A stretch of DNA of 64,000 nucleotides from the human T2T-CHM13v2.0 reference genome, Homo sapiens. The DNA is taken from NCBI GenBank assembly GCA_009914755.4, contig CP068257.2:35936001-36000000 (forward strand), in the 5' to 3' direction. A program made the position numbers and the translations under genes. Of the stretch, positions 1 to 12,757 are shown one piece after another (positions within the stretch are counted from its first letter, which is position 1; every line of letters begins with the position of its first letter). Below the pieces are notes generated by a model. The model was not told the origin of the DNA. It saw only the letters and a program-made list of their open reading frames with translations, and ran no database searches.

Positions 1-150
1 AAAATGCAGTCATTTTGCCTGTGGTCTTTTCCTACAGGTTAAGAACTATTCATGTAGATAAGAATTCAGGAAGGTGTGCGTTGAAAGCGGGGCCGCTGAA
101 GGAGTGTAAGGAGGAGAGTCAGACAAACTTTTTGGTTGCAGTGCTTTCCA

Positions 151-443
151 TTTTTCATTTTGGAGACAGTGTCTGCACTCCCAGGCTGGAGTACAGTGGC
201 GTGATCATAGCTCACTGAAGCCTCCAACTCCTGGGCTCAAGGGATCCTCCCTCTTTAGCCTCCCCAAAGACTGGGACTATAGGTATGTGCCATCACTCAC
301 AGCTAATTTTTTGATTTTTTATGGAGAAGAGGGTCTCACTGTGTTGCCCAGGCTGCTCTTGAACTTCTGAGCTGAAGAGGTCTTCCCACCTTGGCCTCCC
401 AAAGTGCTGGAATTACAGGCATGAGCCACCACTGTGTCTGGCC
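151..443 (-). mobile_element. Alu (full-length, antisense orientation; AluS-like)
   Basis: Begins T-rich then GAGACAG..GCCCAGGCTGGAGT.., ends ..GGCATGAGCCACCACTGTGTCTGGCC; dimeric Alu structure with A-rich linker. Confidence 0.9.
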
Positions 444-469
444 ACTTTAAAAAAAAAACTTTTTTCTTT

Positions 470-985
<516 letters not shown>

Positions 986-1624
986 ATTTCTAACTGGACA
1001 TACACCCAAGGGGCTGGTCACAAGTGTTTGCCACATTTGGTATAGTACATCTCACAGTATGCCACAGACGCTCCGCAGGCTACACTCACACAAGCTGTTC
1101 TGTGCATGGGTTATTATGGCTTGTGTATCCTGCGTGCCCATGAAGTGCCACACGAAGTGTGTACTGAAAGGGATGTGTGTGAATGCCTCAGAGGCCAGAG
1201 GCAGAGCTTGGAGCCAGAGAGATGGGAGCGCCTCAGGACCAGAGCTGGTGGAGTCATCCTAGCCGCGTGGGATAGGAAACCGTATTTTCTGTTTTCTGCT
1301 TTGGTTCTCAGAGAAGGCAACGGTTGTGTTGGGCCGGTAGGTGCAGGGGGAAGTATGCCAGCAGAAGTCTAGGAGTCAAGGACCCTGGAGGTGGAGGTGA
1401 ACGGAGGGACACCCACTCACTGCTGGTGAGCGGGCATCTTAGCAGTAGAAACCTACATTTTGGAGACTTGGATATTGTTGCTATTTATAGTTTCAATCAT
1501 GATTCCCCTTAGTTTTCTCCATCTTTTGCTTTATTACTTTTTTTTGCAAATGTCAGCTAATTTTAGTTATACTCAGGGGATAAGGCGATTGGAATTTTGA
1601 TGGGCATGGTAGAAATCAGAGTTA

Positions 1625-1660
1625 AAAACAACAACAACAGCAACAACAAGCAGAACTCCA
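1625..1660. repeat. (CAA)n/(AAC)n short microsatellite
   Basis: AAAAACAACAACAACAGCAACAACAAGCAG. Confidence 0.8.
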
Positions 1661-2814
1661 AGGGGAAGGTGAAGCTTGGAGGTTAAATGCTGAGAGCCCT
1701 GAAGATGACTGGAGCCCCTGCTCCCATTCCGCAGCATCTCCTAGCCCTCTTCCCTGCTTAACCTTTGGAGGGTCTTGCACTTTTGTTTTAAGAGGAAGCT
1801 GTTCTGTGTTCTTCACAGCTGATTACTTGCTACCAAGGAGGTGGCATCTCCAAAAACTTGCCTTCAACACTGGTTTGTGGCTGTACAACAGTCAAACAGT
1901 TTCTCAAAGTGTGCTTTGTGGCCCGTCAGCACCTGAAGCCCCCAGGGGCCTGTCAATTGCAGAATTCCAGCTTCCTCTTCAGACTGACTGCATGAGTCTA
2001 AATATCTGAGTGGCTGGACCTCCAGATCTTCATTTTCAGCACACAACTACTTAATTTTTCAGCACACCAAAGTTTAAGAGCCACTGCTGCAAAATCTCAG
2101 CAAGTTGAGCTGAACTCTGAACTCCCTCTTATCTCCACAGTCCCTAAATGGGGAGTATCATTTTCCCAGCTCCAAGGCGACATGCCTGAATTCCTTCAGC
2201 TTGAGTGGCGTGAACAATGTGGGTGCCTTTAAAAGGCTAACATGCTGCCAAAAGATAACCACAGGTGGACATGGCTCTGGATGGGACTCAAAGATGTGGG
2301 TTGTTTCCAAAGATAGCAATACCAAACCCGTGCTGATGACTCTGTGTGTCTATATGTGTGTGAAGCTGAAGAGCCTTATATAGCGAGGTGAGGCCCCAGG
2401 AAGGATTTGCGGAGTACAGTGCGTTCCGCACGCTCTTGAACGTGCGTGTTCTCAGAACTCTGATATGTGTGTCTCGGCAGCTGATCTGTAAGGAGGTCAC
2501 CACGTGTCCACATCTATCTTTGCAGACTGCCCCATCCAGCTTAGTGAACAGCTGATAAATGCCTGTAGCAAGCAGAGCGAGGCAGCTGAGCCAGAACTTT
2601 TACAAATGGGAGCAAACATCTGCCGTGGTTGCTCGTGGTAGAGGGGCTGTTATTAGTGTTATTACAGTTGGGGATGGATAAACTGCGGAGCCTCAGATGG
2701 TTCTGTGGAGATGGACCAACAATGGCACCACAGGTAAGAAGAGGAAAGGCACACCCGGCAGCCACTCCCTCTTGTTCAAATGTTGTTCTCTTGGTTGTTT
2801 GTTGATTCTCCCAT

Positions 2815-3483
2815 TGTATTAGTTCATTCTCACACTGCTATAAGGACATACCTGAGACTGGGTAATTTACAATGGAAAGAGATTTGATTGACTCACAGTT
2901 CCACAGGGCTGAGGAGGCCTCAGGAAACTTGCAATCATGGTGGAAGGAGAAGCATATGCATCCTTCTTCACATGGCAGCAGCAAGGAGAAGCACAGAGCA
3001 AAAGGGGGAGAAGCTCCTTATAAAACCATCAGATCTCATGAGAAACGCACTATCGCGAGAACAGGATGGGGGAAACTCCCCCCATGATTCAATTATCTCC
3101 ACCTGGTCCCTCCCATGACACATGGGGATTATAGGGACTACAATTCAAGGTGAGATGTGGGGACAGGCACGGTGGCTCACTCGTGTAATCCCAGCACTTT
3201 GGGAGGCTGAGGAGGGCAGATCACTTGAGGTCAGAAGTTTGAGACCAGCCTGGCCAACATGGTGAAACCCCATCTGTACTAAATCCCATTAGTATATAAA
3301 TTAGTCTGGCATAAAATATAAAAATTAGTCTGGCATGGTGGCAGGCGCCTGTAGTCCCAGCTACTCGGGAGGCTGAAGCAGGAGATCACTTCAACCCAGT
3401 AGGTGGAGGTTGCAGTGAGCCGAGATCACGCCACTGCACTCCAGCCTGGGAGACAGAGCAAGACTCCCTCTCAAAAAAAAAAA

Positions 3484-3522
<39 letters not shown>

Positions 3523-3578
3523 AGAAGAAAGAAAGAAAAAAAGAGATTTGGGTGGGGACACAGCCAAACCATACCACC
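2815..3578 (-). mobile_element. THE1/MST-family MaLR LTR, split by an Alu insertion (pieces 2815-3160 and 3544-3578)
   Basis: Reverse complement of THE1/MST consensus: TTGTATTAGTTCATTCTCACACTGCTATAAGGACATACCTGAGACTGGGTAATTTAC ... CCCCCATGATTCAATTATCTCCACCTGGTCCCTCCCATGACACATGGGGATTATAGG ... and after the Alu AGATTTGGGTGGGGACACAGCCAAACCATACCA. Confidence 0.85.
3161..3543 (+). mobile_element. Alu with long A-rich/(GAAAA)n tail
   Basis: GGACAGGCACGGTGGCTCACTCGTGTAATCCCAGCACTTTGGGAGGCTGAGG...GCACTCCAGCCTGGGAGACAGAGCAAGACTCCCTCTCAAAAAAA...GAAAAGAAAAG. Confidence 0.9.
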
Positions 3579-4317
3579 CATCAAAGCAGGGCACTCTCTT
3601 CCCTCACCTGCTTTACTTTTCCTCAAAGCACCCACCATCCCCTCTGGCATAAACGCCTGGATTTATTCCCAGTCCCCTTCCTGGAACATGAACCCTAGGG
3701 GAGGCTTCCGGGATGTTCTGCTCACACATGGGAGGAGCTCAAAGAGCCTTTGTTGATTGAATCGATGATAGACAAGCTATCTCAGAGGAAGATTTGAAGT
3801 GACTGGGAGCTCCTTCTCAACCCTCTCCCTGAGACCTGCTCACAGAGCATGAAGTCTAAATTCTGGCTCTGAATGAGTCTGAGCAACGCCTGAGTGCCCA
3901 GCAACCTCAGCTAAGCACAGCAAGTTTCGGTTTGTGGCTTCCTCCCTGTGCCGAGCAGATCCCATCCTTGGGGAGTCCCCAGCCGGTCTCCACAGTGTCC
4001 AGACACCACGGTTCTCATGAGGCTCTACCCTCCCTGACTTCCACTCATCCAAGGGCCTCCAAGTCTTCAAGGCCAGCTCAGGCCCAGCCCTCCAAGAAAC
4101 AGTTTCTTCTGATGACACCAACCCATCCTGATGTTTCCTGATTCCCAGTTCCTATGGGCTCCAGGCCTATTGCAGTCCAGGGCTCTGCTACTGAAGCTCT
4201 GGGTCTCACCAAGTGGGAGGTATGACTGTTCATGGGATCAACAGACCCCAGAGTCCAAGGTCCAGGGCTCTTAGATTAGGTAGAATCTGGTAAGATAGTA
4301 AGATACTACCAGATACT

Positions 4318-4631
<314 letters not shown>

Positions 4632-4849
4632 CTACCCACAGTGTACCCCATGCATAATACCTAGTACACAGTAGAGTACACATTAGGTGCTCACAAATCC
4701 CTGTTGTTTAATTATTCAGGCTCCATCTCCATAGGTACCATGATCAGTTTTTTCACACATTCCTCTCTTTAGGGTCACAGTATGTGAAAGATCCCCTGAT
4801 GCATTTTTTAAACATTTTATCAAAGTAAGAGATGCATGTAGTTGAAGAA

Positions 4850-5095
4850 CTGTGTAGAACTGAAGGGCACGGTATGGTGAGAAGTGGTGCCTCCATCCGT
4901 TCCTTACCTCCCGGAAGATGACGCCTTCCTCTTCAATCTTTTAAGGACCCTGTGAGTATATTAGGCCCACCCAGATAATCCAGGACCATCTCCCCATCTC
5001 AAAGTCCTTAACTTAATCACATCTGCAAAGTCCCTTTTATCACAGAAGGTAAAAGTCATGGGTTCCAGGGATTAGGTTTGGGACCAATTATTCGG
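4850..5095 (-). mobile_element. MLT1-type MaLR LTR fragment (5' part of consensus, antisense)
   Basis: Reverse complement of MLT1 5' region: GGACCCTGTGAGTATATTAGGCCCACCCAGATAATCCAGGACCATCTCCCCATCTCAAAGTCCTTAACTTAATCACATCTGCAAAGTCCCTTTTATCACAGAAGGTAAAAGTCATGGGTTCCAGGGATTAGG. Confidence 0.7.
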
Positions 5096-5657
5096 CCAAC
5101 CACCTCCGTGTGAGCGAATGCCATTATTTCCTGATAAACCCATCCTTCACGCATCACCTGCCGATTTCCTATTACGAGAAGGATTTCACTCTTGTATCTT
5201 TACCTCACTTCCTCTCCCATCTTCTCACAATGTTATTAAGACCCTGCAACCATCCTTCCCAGCAGAGCCAGCTCATGTACTATCATTTCATGTCCTTTCT
5301 TGGAGGGGATTTTCTCCTACAGTGGAGACGCTTCTTCAATTTTCTGGCTGTCTTTATCTCTGTCCTGCAGTTTGCTCTTATCATGTTCCTGTCCTTCTCC
5401 TGGAACCCTCCCTCTGGAGTCCTCCAACTTTGTCCTCTGGGCACCTCACAGCATAGTGGTTGGGTGGGTTTCAACCATTGAGAGATAGAGACAGAGAGAG
5501 AGAACACAAACACGAGAATACTGAGTAGAGTCCTCTCACCTTTTTGACCCAGCCTTGGCAGTCACACAATGTCACTCTGGCTATACTCTTCTTCCAATTC
5601 TATTCACAGAGGCCCTGGTACGTTCAAAGGGATGGGGAAACAGACACTATCTCTTAA

Positions 5658-6125
<468 letters not shown>

Positions 6126-7169
6126 TGAATAAAACATTATTTTCAACTCCATCCCGCTTGCTTTTCACTGTCTACCCACATACCGTATACAACTTTGTCA
6201 TGAGGCTTTAAGACAACTTTTCTCTCTTGTTATCTCCACCCCTCCCATTATTTTCATTTTATATGACCTTATCTTTTTTCTTTGCTTAGTATTAGAAAAA
6301 TAGCTTTTAAAATGAAGAATAGTATTTTTTCTTCAAAGGATGCATCCAGAAACAGTTGCATTTCCTGAAAGTCCTTTATTTTTTTAACCACTTCAAAAAA
6401 TATAAGGTCTTTGGGACAGATTTTTGTGTAACCAAAAGGCTGATGTTAGGATGATGGCCAAACTGTAACCACTCCCTGTCACCCCCTTGGCTTGTTGCTC
6501 TTGTTTTAAAAATCATTCTTTTGAGAACAAATACTTTTAGGCAATCTAATTACAATATGATATGTAATATTTGAACCAGTTGACCAAAATCAACATTAAA
6601 TCCAAATCTCACATTATTTAGGCAAAAAGGAGACCTAATGCATTACATTACATGTAGATTTCAAAGTTCTTACACTATTAAAACAGTGAGAAGACAGCAA
6701 GGGTTGCCTGCAGGCCACACAGCCCCTCTGTGATGATACCTTACGAGTACCACTGAAGATGTCAAAAGCCGCTTTGAGCCTTCCTGGTGCAGGTGCTGCT
6801 TGGACATTATGAGGCTTCACTGGCTCATCTCAGCCCATGTTCACAGAGCTCACTGCTGTCTAGTGCTTGGGGAGCCTCAGCCTCATCAATGGCCTGTGTT
6901 ACGCTGCCGTGGAGGGTGTCCAAATGTGCTTTCCACTCTAGGTCACCAGGTACAGTAGTGCGTGCCAGGCACTGAGCAACTCTAGGGGCACCATTCTCAT
7001 AGGGGTCATCCTAGGTCAGTTTCCTAACAAATAGTAGAATTTATCTCTAGCAATGGGAGCCTTTTCTAGTTCATGCCAAGGTACATGCTGCCTGGAGGGA
7101 AAAGAGCACTGTTCCTGCAATCAGTTAATTGGGGCATAATCCTGCAGCTTTCGTTTGACGACCCTGTGT

Positions 7170-7720
7170 GTATTAAGTTTCCTAGGGCTGCTGTAACATA
7201 CAACAGCCTGGGAAACAACAGAAATTAATTTTCTCACAGTTCTGGAGGCTAGAAGTCTGAGATCAAGGTGTCAGCAGGGTTGGTTTTTCCCAAGGACTAT
7301 CTCCTTCGTTTGTAGATGGCTATTTTTTCCCTGGCTCCTCACATGGTCTTCCCTGCGTGTGTCTGTGTCCTAATCTCTTCTTACGACACTAGTCATATTG
7401 GATTAGGACCCACCTTTATGACCTAATTTAACCTCATTTATTTCACTCTTATTTGTTAAGAGTCAGAGTCTTGCCCTGTCACCCAGGCTGGAGTGCAGCG
7501 CCATGATCACAGCTCATTGCAGCCTTGAACTACTGGGCTCAAGTGATCCTCCTGCCTCAGCCTCCTGAGTAGCTGGGCCTACAGGTGCGCACCACCACAG
7601 CCAGCTTCATTTATCTTTTTAAAGACGCTTTATGCAAATATAGTCACATTATCAGGTACTGGGGGTTAGGACTTAAACATACGAATTTTTGGAGAACATA
7701 TTTCAGCCAATAACACTGTG
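7170..7720 (-). mobile_element. MLT1-type MaLR LTR (antisense) carrying a partial Alu (7458-7607)
   Basis: CTGCTGTAACATACAACAGCCTGGGAAACAACAGAAATTAATTTTCTCACAGTTCTGGAGGCTAGAAGTCTGAGATCAAGGTGTCAGCAGGG ... GACACTAGTCATATTGGATTAGGACCCACCTTTATGACCTAATTTAACCTCATTTA ... CAGGTACTGGGGGTTAGGACTTAAACATACGAATTTTTGGAG (revcomp of MLT1 consensus 3' half). Confidence 0.75.
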
Positions 7721-10243
7721 CCTCAAGGGCCCTAATCTTTAACCTAGGGAATATAATGATATTCTTACAGAAAATCATATCAAAGTGCTTTGTAGACTGC
7801 AAAGGGCTGCACAAATATTGTGTGGTTACTTCCTGTGTCCTGACAACTTGTGCCTGGATCCCTGATGTGATCATTTAGATCTGGTAGAAATACCAGGTGG
7901 AGTCAGCCTCCTAAAGATGGAACAGTGGGTAACAGGTGTAGAAGCTGGGGCATGAGGTGGTGGCGTGCTCTCCTTGCATGAAGGCCCTCTCTCCCCTGCT
8001 GCTCCCGCTGTTGGTGCTGATGTTCAGACTCATGGACAGTGAGCCCTACAATGTGTCATACCCCTGGGGCTGAGGGCAAGAGGGAAAGGGAACAATGGCC
8101 CACACCAAAATGTAAAAGGCCCTCCGGGAGTTCTGGTGTATAGGCCCTCCATGTAGCTGGAAATGATGGCCACAATTCCTCAGACGCCTGCCGGCTCTTT
8201 CTTCCACGTCTTTAGTAGGGGATCAACAAGGTCACTTACTGTAGGGAGTGATTTACTCCGCCTTCCCTGGATCACATCAGATTGATTCTAATCAGATATC
8301 TATGTACTGTTACTCCCTGAACAAGCATTTGGCAGTACTGGTAGTGGGGAGCCAAGATGGATTTAATTTCCTTTGGCCGATATGCTTCATTTTCATGATA
8401 ACATTTCTCAAAACTTAACGGAGGGGCTCTTGATTTCTGAATCTGCCCTTTTTTCTAGAAGGGTAAGGCAGGAAGGTAAGATCTCATTCTCAGATGATTA
8501 AGACCAGCACCCTCCTGCAGTATCCACGCTCCCACCCTGGGGCTTTCCTTTGAAATCAGCAAGAGTCTGTGTAGATGAAGAGATACGAGTCAGGAGCAGG
8601 TCCACATAGAAGCGGCTTTCCCATATTAATAATAATGTTTCACAATAATATCACTTTGGGTGCTTCCTCTACTCCTTGGAGCCATAGATAGTGGATTTAT
8701 TGACTTGTTTTCCTTTGACTTATGGCTCTTTCTCGTTATTTTCTGAGTGTGGTTTTGCTTTGCTTCCTGGAAAGGGAAACAGAAGTGGTTCTGGTGAATC
8801 CTGGGAGAGTAGAGCCTAGTTTTGAACTCTTACTCTCTTGATGACACGGCTGCTCAGAGGGAAGCGTGGCCAGAAGAACATGTTGGAGTTCCTTGCTCAT
8901 ATCCCTGTGAATATGGCCACATGTGGCTCTAGGCATTCAGTGGGTTCATGCAGTCTTTGGAACAGAACCCCACAAGGGGCTGACAAACAACCTTCTAAGG
9001 CTTGGGGAGTGCTGAACTGGACAAACCAGGGTTTAGAGCTTCCTCAGTGACATGCACCGAGTGGATCCAGTGGCCCCTCTTAGAGTCTCTCCAAAAGGAG
9101 GGGGGCCCTTCTTCCCTTTTTTGCATCTCCACTTCCCTCTCCCTAGGGCCCAGTGCTTTGTCTGACCTCCTCTCCCACTGGAAATTTAGAGGTTATGTGC
9201 ATTTCATCTATCAATGAATACAAAGAAGATGATTCCGAATCCGAGAACTGCTAAAATGGAATTTCAGGCATTTCCAGGGAGAGTTTAAATGGTAGAAAGG
9301 GCTGGATTTACCATTAGTGGCTATTAGTTTGATTCTACTAAGACAGCATTTCTATTTTGCTGTTGGGACTGAAACAAACCTCATTCATTTGACATGAAAA
9401 AAGTTGGGACAGTTTTGGTATCTCCTTAGCTGGCTCGGTTAAGTGTATGTGAGGGAGACCATTTTTCACGCCTGGCCGGCTCTGTGCTTAAGTGGCCCCA
9501 TCGCAGCCAGAGTAGCCTCATTACAGCTGAAGTCCCTGGTAGGTCTCCTCCTTCCTCTGAGCCCAGCGCAGTGCCAAGGCCGGGGACTCTGGCTGGCACT
9601 GGTGACACGCTGTCTTGTCCTGAAGACACGAGGTTGGGTTCGGCAGCTGGCTCCTCCGGGACAGGGCCCAGTGCACTGAGCTTAGCTGAGCCCTTCCCCT
9701 CACACCTGAAGTGTGGCACGAGGCTGGTCACTCAGAAGCAGCGAGTAGGGTGTCCTGGTGGGAAAAGCCTGGCTTTGTGCAGTCTCGGGGAAGGTTTTCA
9801 ATGCCATCTGAGCCTGTTTCCTCATCTCTAAGGCAGGGACCAGGTAGCCCGCCCCGCAGGGTAGTTGCAGGAAGCAGACATGTATCTGGGAGCAGCTGGC
9901 GAGTTCCTGGCATGCACTGCTCCCATCCGATTTCCGCAGATTTCCTGCTGGAACGTTCTCTCGGGCCTCAAGTTTTCCTGAGAGGACGACGTGGAGAGTG
10001 GAGACAAAGATGCTCAAAAGCCAGGAAATCGCAGGCTCGGAAGCCCCCACGCATGCCTCTGAACGCAGCGCCATCTCGGGGCTGCGGCGGGACCAAGCGG
10101 GACGCTTGCAGGCTGTCGGCGGCGGGGGCCGCGAGCCGCCGGCGTAGGCCGCTCCAGCTGGAAGACCCCACCGCTAGGGTTCCAGGGGGCTGCGGACGCT
10201 TCCGAGGGGCCCAAGGCGAAAGAACGCAGCCCGCTTGTCGGCC

Positions 10244-10288
10244 ACGTGACCGTCCCCGTCCGCGTCCGCGTCCGCAGCGACCACGTGA
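10244..10288. promoter_or_regulatory. Pair of identical E-boxes (CACGTGAC) 39 bp apart flanking a (GTCCGC)3 mini-repeat
   Basis: GGCCACGTGACCGTCCCCGTCCGCGTCCGCGTCCGCAGCGACCACGTGACTG read directly; CACGTG at 10244-10249 and 10283-10288. Confidence 0.6.
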
Positions 10289-10381
10289 CTGTGCGTCCGC
10301 GGCGTCGATTGACTGGGAGCTCCCTGGCCACGCCCTAAGCGCCAGCCCCGGGCTTCGCGGGGCGGTGCTGCTGCGGTTGCC

Positions 10382-10417
10382 ATGGCGTCTTCCGAGCGCG
10401 CAGGCGTGGGCCCAGAG
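10382..10417 (+). CDS. Candidate first coding segment: Kozak ATG (GTTGCCATGG) then M-A-S-S-E-R-A-G-V-G-P-E ending at donor GAG|GTAACT
   Basis: ATG in strong Kozak context about 100 bp downstream of the paired E-boxes inside the CpG island; in-frame TAA immediately follows, so coding only if spliced at 10418 (GTAACT). Hypothetical. Confidence 0.2.
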
Positions 10418-11828
10418 TAACTTTTCGGGTATTTGCTACCGGCTCTCGGTAGGGCTGGTCACCTTTGCTTGCTGAGCTTCGCGCCCTGCGTCCTTTGGTC
10501 CCCAGCAACTTGCAGGGCAGCCGTCCCTCATGAGGCCCTCCAGCGAATGCCCTAAAGCTCCGAAGTTGCTCCGGAGGAAAACAGGCTTGCTCCGAGGGTG
10601 CACGTCCTTACTGCCCGTGACGTCGTGGTGCCTTGAGGGCACCCTTCTGGGAAGATCCTTGCAGAGGCCATGTCCCCTCTCCACGACATCCAAGCCCATT
10701 CCCAACTTGCTTTTCACTCCTGTCCCCCCGGGGAACGTCTACTGGACCTTAGGACAGCCCCTCACCCCCGTGCACCCCCCAGGTGGATCTGCAGCGAAAC
10801 CTCTGTGGTGACTCACAGTTGCTAGCATTGGTTATCTTCTTCCTGGCAGAAGGTGGCAGGCTGATGCTGTCGTCGTTCCTGTGTGTCTGACAAATCACAA
10901 ATATGAATTCAGATCGTCACAGCTGAGTCATGCCCAGGATTTCCATGAGCCCTGCTGGGGTGGCCAGCTTGAGCTCCCTTCCCCACAGCCTCCTCCAGCT
11001 CTGCAGCGCCAGGCACCAGTGTGACTCATGGGGGCCTGTGGAAGCCGGGGCTGCTCAGTGGGGCTGAGTCTAGGAGGGGGAGAGAGAGAAAGGGAGCCCA
11101 TCAACAATTACAGTGCAAACGCCGCAGCTGCCACCACCGAGTGCCTCCAGTTAGGAACTGGTTTGTGAAATTCATTACCCTATGAGACGAGTTTTATCTC
11201 TGTTTCACTCAAGAGGATTCTGAGGCTCAGGAGGTTGTGAATGACTCGGGGAAGCACAGCTGGTAGGTGGCAGGGTTGAAATTTGAATCCAGGTCATTCT
11301 GACCCAGGAGTTCAGACTTTTTCCCAGCCCAGCCTTTCCACTCGACCTCAATTAGCACAGTCATGCTGGGTGCCAAAGCTATTTACTTTGCTTGCGGGAG
11401 TCCAGGAGCTGGCTCCTAATGGCTCCATTTGAAATGGTTTTTTAGGCAAAGGAGACTAGATGAACGTGGAGGAGAGGGAAAGTATTTAGGCGCGAAGATG
11501 CTACAGAACAGGCTTATTCCAGTGCACCTCCAAACCCAGGCGTGGTGTTCTTCCTTCTCGTGCCTTACTTTTACATCCCCAGCCACTGCTTGGTATCACC
11601 TGGTTGTCCTCTGGGCACCTGAAGCTCAGCATTTCCCAGGATGAATATTTGCTTTTCCCTGCCATATCTGTCTGCCCTGAGTGAGTCAGTATCAGCGGCC
11701 ATGTGACCGTCCGTGTCTGCAGCGTCCTCCCCCCATCCCAATATTCTTGCAGGCAGTCAGGCTTTGAAGACCAGGTTGTCTCTTGTTAACTTGAAAATCA
11801 CACAATCTAGAAATTTGGACCAGGAGAC

Positions 11829-12065
11829 TTTCTTTCTTTCCTTTCTTCCTTCCTTTTTTTTTTTCTTTTTTTTTTTTTTTTTTGACAAAGTCTTGCTCTG
11901 TCGCCCAGGCTGGAGTGCAGTGTGGCTCGATCTCGGCCCACTGCAACCTCTGCCTCCCGGGTTCAAGCGATCCTCGTGCCTCAGCCTCCCGAGTAGCTAG
12001 GATTATGGGCGCCCGCCACCATGCCTGGCTAATTTTTGTATTTTAGTAGACACAGAGTTTCACTT
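11829..12065 (-). mobile_element. Truncated Alu (antisense) preceded by CT-rich/(CTTT)n and a long poly-T tract
   Basis: TTTGACAAAGTCTTGCTCTGTCGCCCAGGCTGGAGTGCAGTGTGGCTCGATCTCGGCCCACTGCAACCTCTGCCTCCCGGGTTCAAGCGATCCTCGTGCCTCAGCCTCCCGAGTAGCTAGGATTATGGGCGCCCGCCACCATGCCTGGCTAATTTTTGTATTTTAGTAGACACAGAGTTTCAC. Confidence 0.85.
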
Positions 12066-12600
12066 TTTTTTTTTCAAATAGAGACAGTGTTACTGGTGGA
12101 GGGTGTCCAGGTTCTTGGCGTCTTGTACAAAGAACTGGGCAAAACCCACAAACACAGCAAGGAAAGAACGAAGCAACAAAAGCAGAGATTTATTGAAAAC
12201 GAAAGTACACTCCACAAGATGGGATCAGACCCGAGCATAGGGACTAAGAGCCTGGTTTCAGAATTTTCTGGGGTTTAAATGCCCTCTAGAGGTTTCCCAT
12301 TGGCCACTTGCTGTACACCCATGCAAATGAAGTAGTGGCTTGCAATCTACTGTAACTACAAAGTGAAGTTACAAAGGTTACACACTATGCAAACGTCTGA
12401 TTAGTTGTGGAAAGCAACCAATCAGCGGCTAAAGTGAAGTTACAAAGTTACACTTCTATGTAAACAAAGACTTAGCCTGCAATCAGTCTGTCTGGTTGTA
12501 GAAAATGGGAAAGTATGGAGGGTTTATCTCTGGTCCTTTTGTTACTTTGTTGTGGAAAGTTGGGGTTTTCCTTTTGATTTAGTTCTAGGAAGTCAACATG
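12066..12600 (-). mobile_element. LTR-like segment (family unresolved) with promoter-like order on the minus strand
   Basis: On minus strand: CCAAT boxes (GCCAATGGG, GCAACCAATCAG rc), TTTAAA (CATTTAAACC), then about 150 bp later CAATAAATCTCTGCTTTTGTTGCTTCG (polyA signal); also two tandem ~75-bp units containing AAGTGAAGTTACAAAG(G)TTACAC. Confidence 0.35.
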
Positions 12601-12631
12601 AGTTGGCCTTAGGTTCCCTGCTTCTAGACCC

Positions 12632-12757
12632 CATTCTCCTGCCTCAACAGGGTCTTACTATGTTGGCTAGGTTGGTCTTGAACTCTTGGCCTCAAGCAGT
12701 CCTCCTGTCTCGGCCTCCCTAAGTGCTAGGATTACAGGCGTGAGCCCCCACGCCTGC
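12632..12757 (-). mobile_element. Alu fragment (left-arm portion, antisense)
   Basis: CAACAGGGTCTTACTATGTTGGCTAGGTTGGTCTTGAACTCTTGGCCTCAAGCAGTCCTCCTGTCTCGGCCTCCCTAAGTGCTAGGATTACAGGCGTGAGCCCCCACGCCTGC. Confidence 0.8.

Larger units (their letters stand above)
9930..10740. promoter_or_regulatory. CpG island / candidate promoter (possibly bidirectional)
   Basis: GC-rich stretch with dense CpGs (GCGGCGGGACCAAGCGGGACGCTTGCAGGCTGTCGGCGGCGGGGGCCGCGAGCCGCCGGCGTAGGCCGC...CGCGTCCGCGTCCGC...), which contrasts with CpG-depleted flanks; contains GC/KLF box GGCCACGCCC (10327-10336). Confidence 0.75.

Noticed and set aside
3403-3756. 117-aa ORF containing a [16 protein letters not shown] run
   Set aside because: Translation of the Alu A-rich/(GAAAA)n tail and the adjacent THE1 LTR.
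5110-5513. Three overlapping + ORFs (62-123 aa) and one minus ORF
   Set aside because: Overlapping frames in pyrimidine-rich unique sequence next to an MLT1 fragment, with no domain-like sequence and no splice context.
9711-10475. 254-aa + strand ORF (and several overlapping minus-strand ORFs of 60-124 aa) across the CpG island
   Set aside because: GC-rich, stop-poor sequence yields long ORFs on every strand. The product is Arg/Pro/Gly/Ser-rich low-complexity sequence with no recognisable domain and overlapping ORFs on both strands. It is not evidence of coding.
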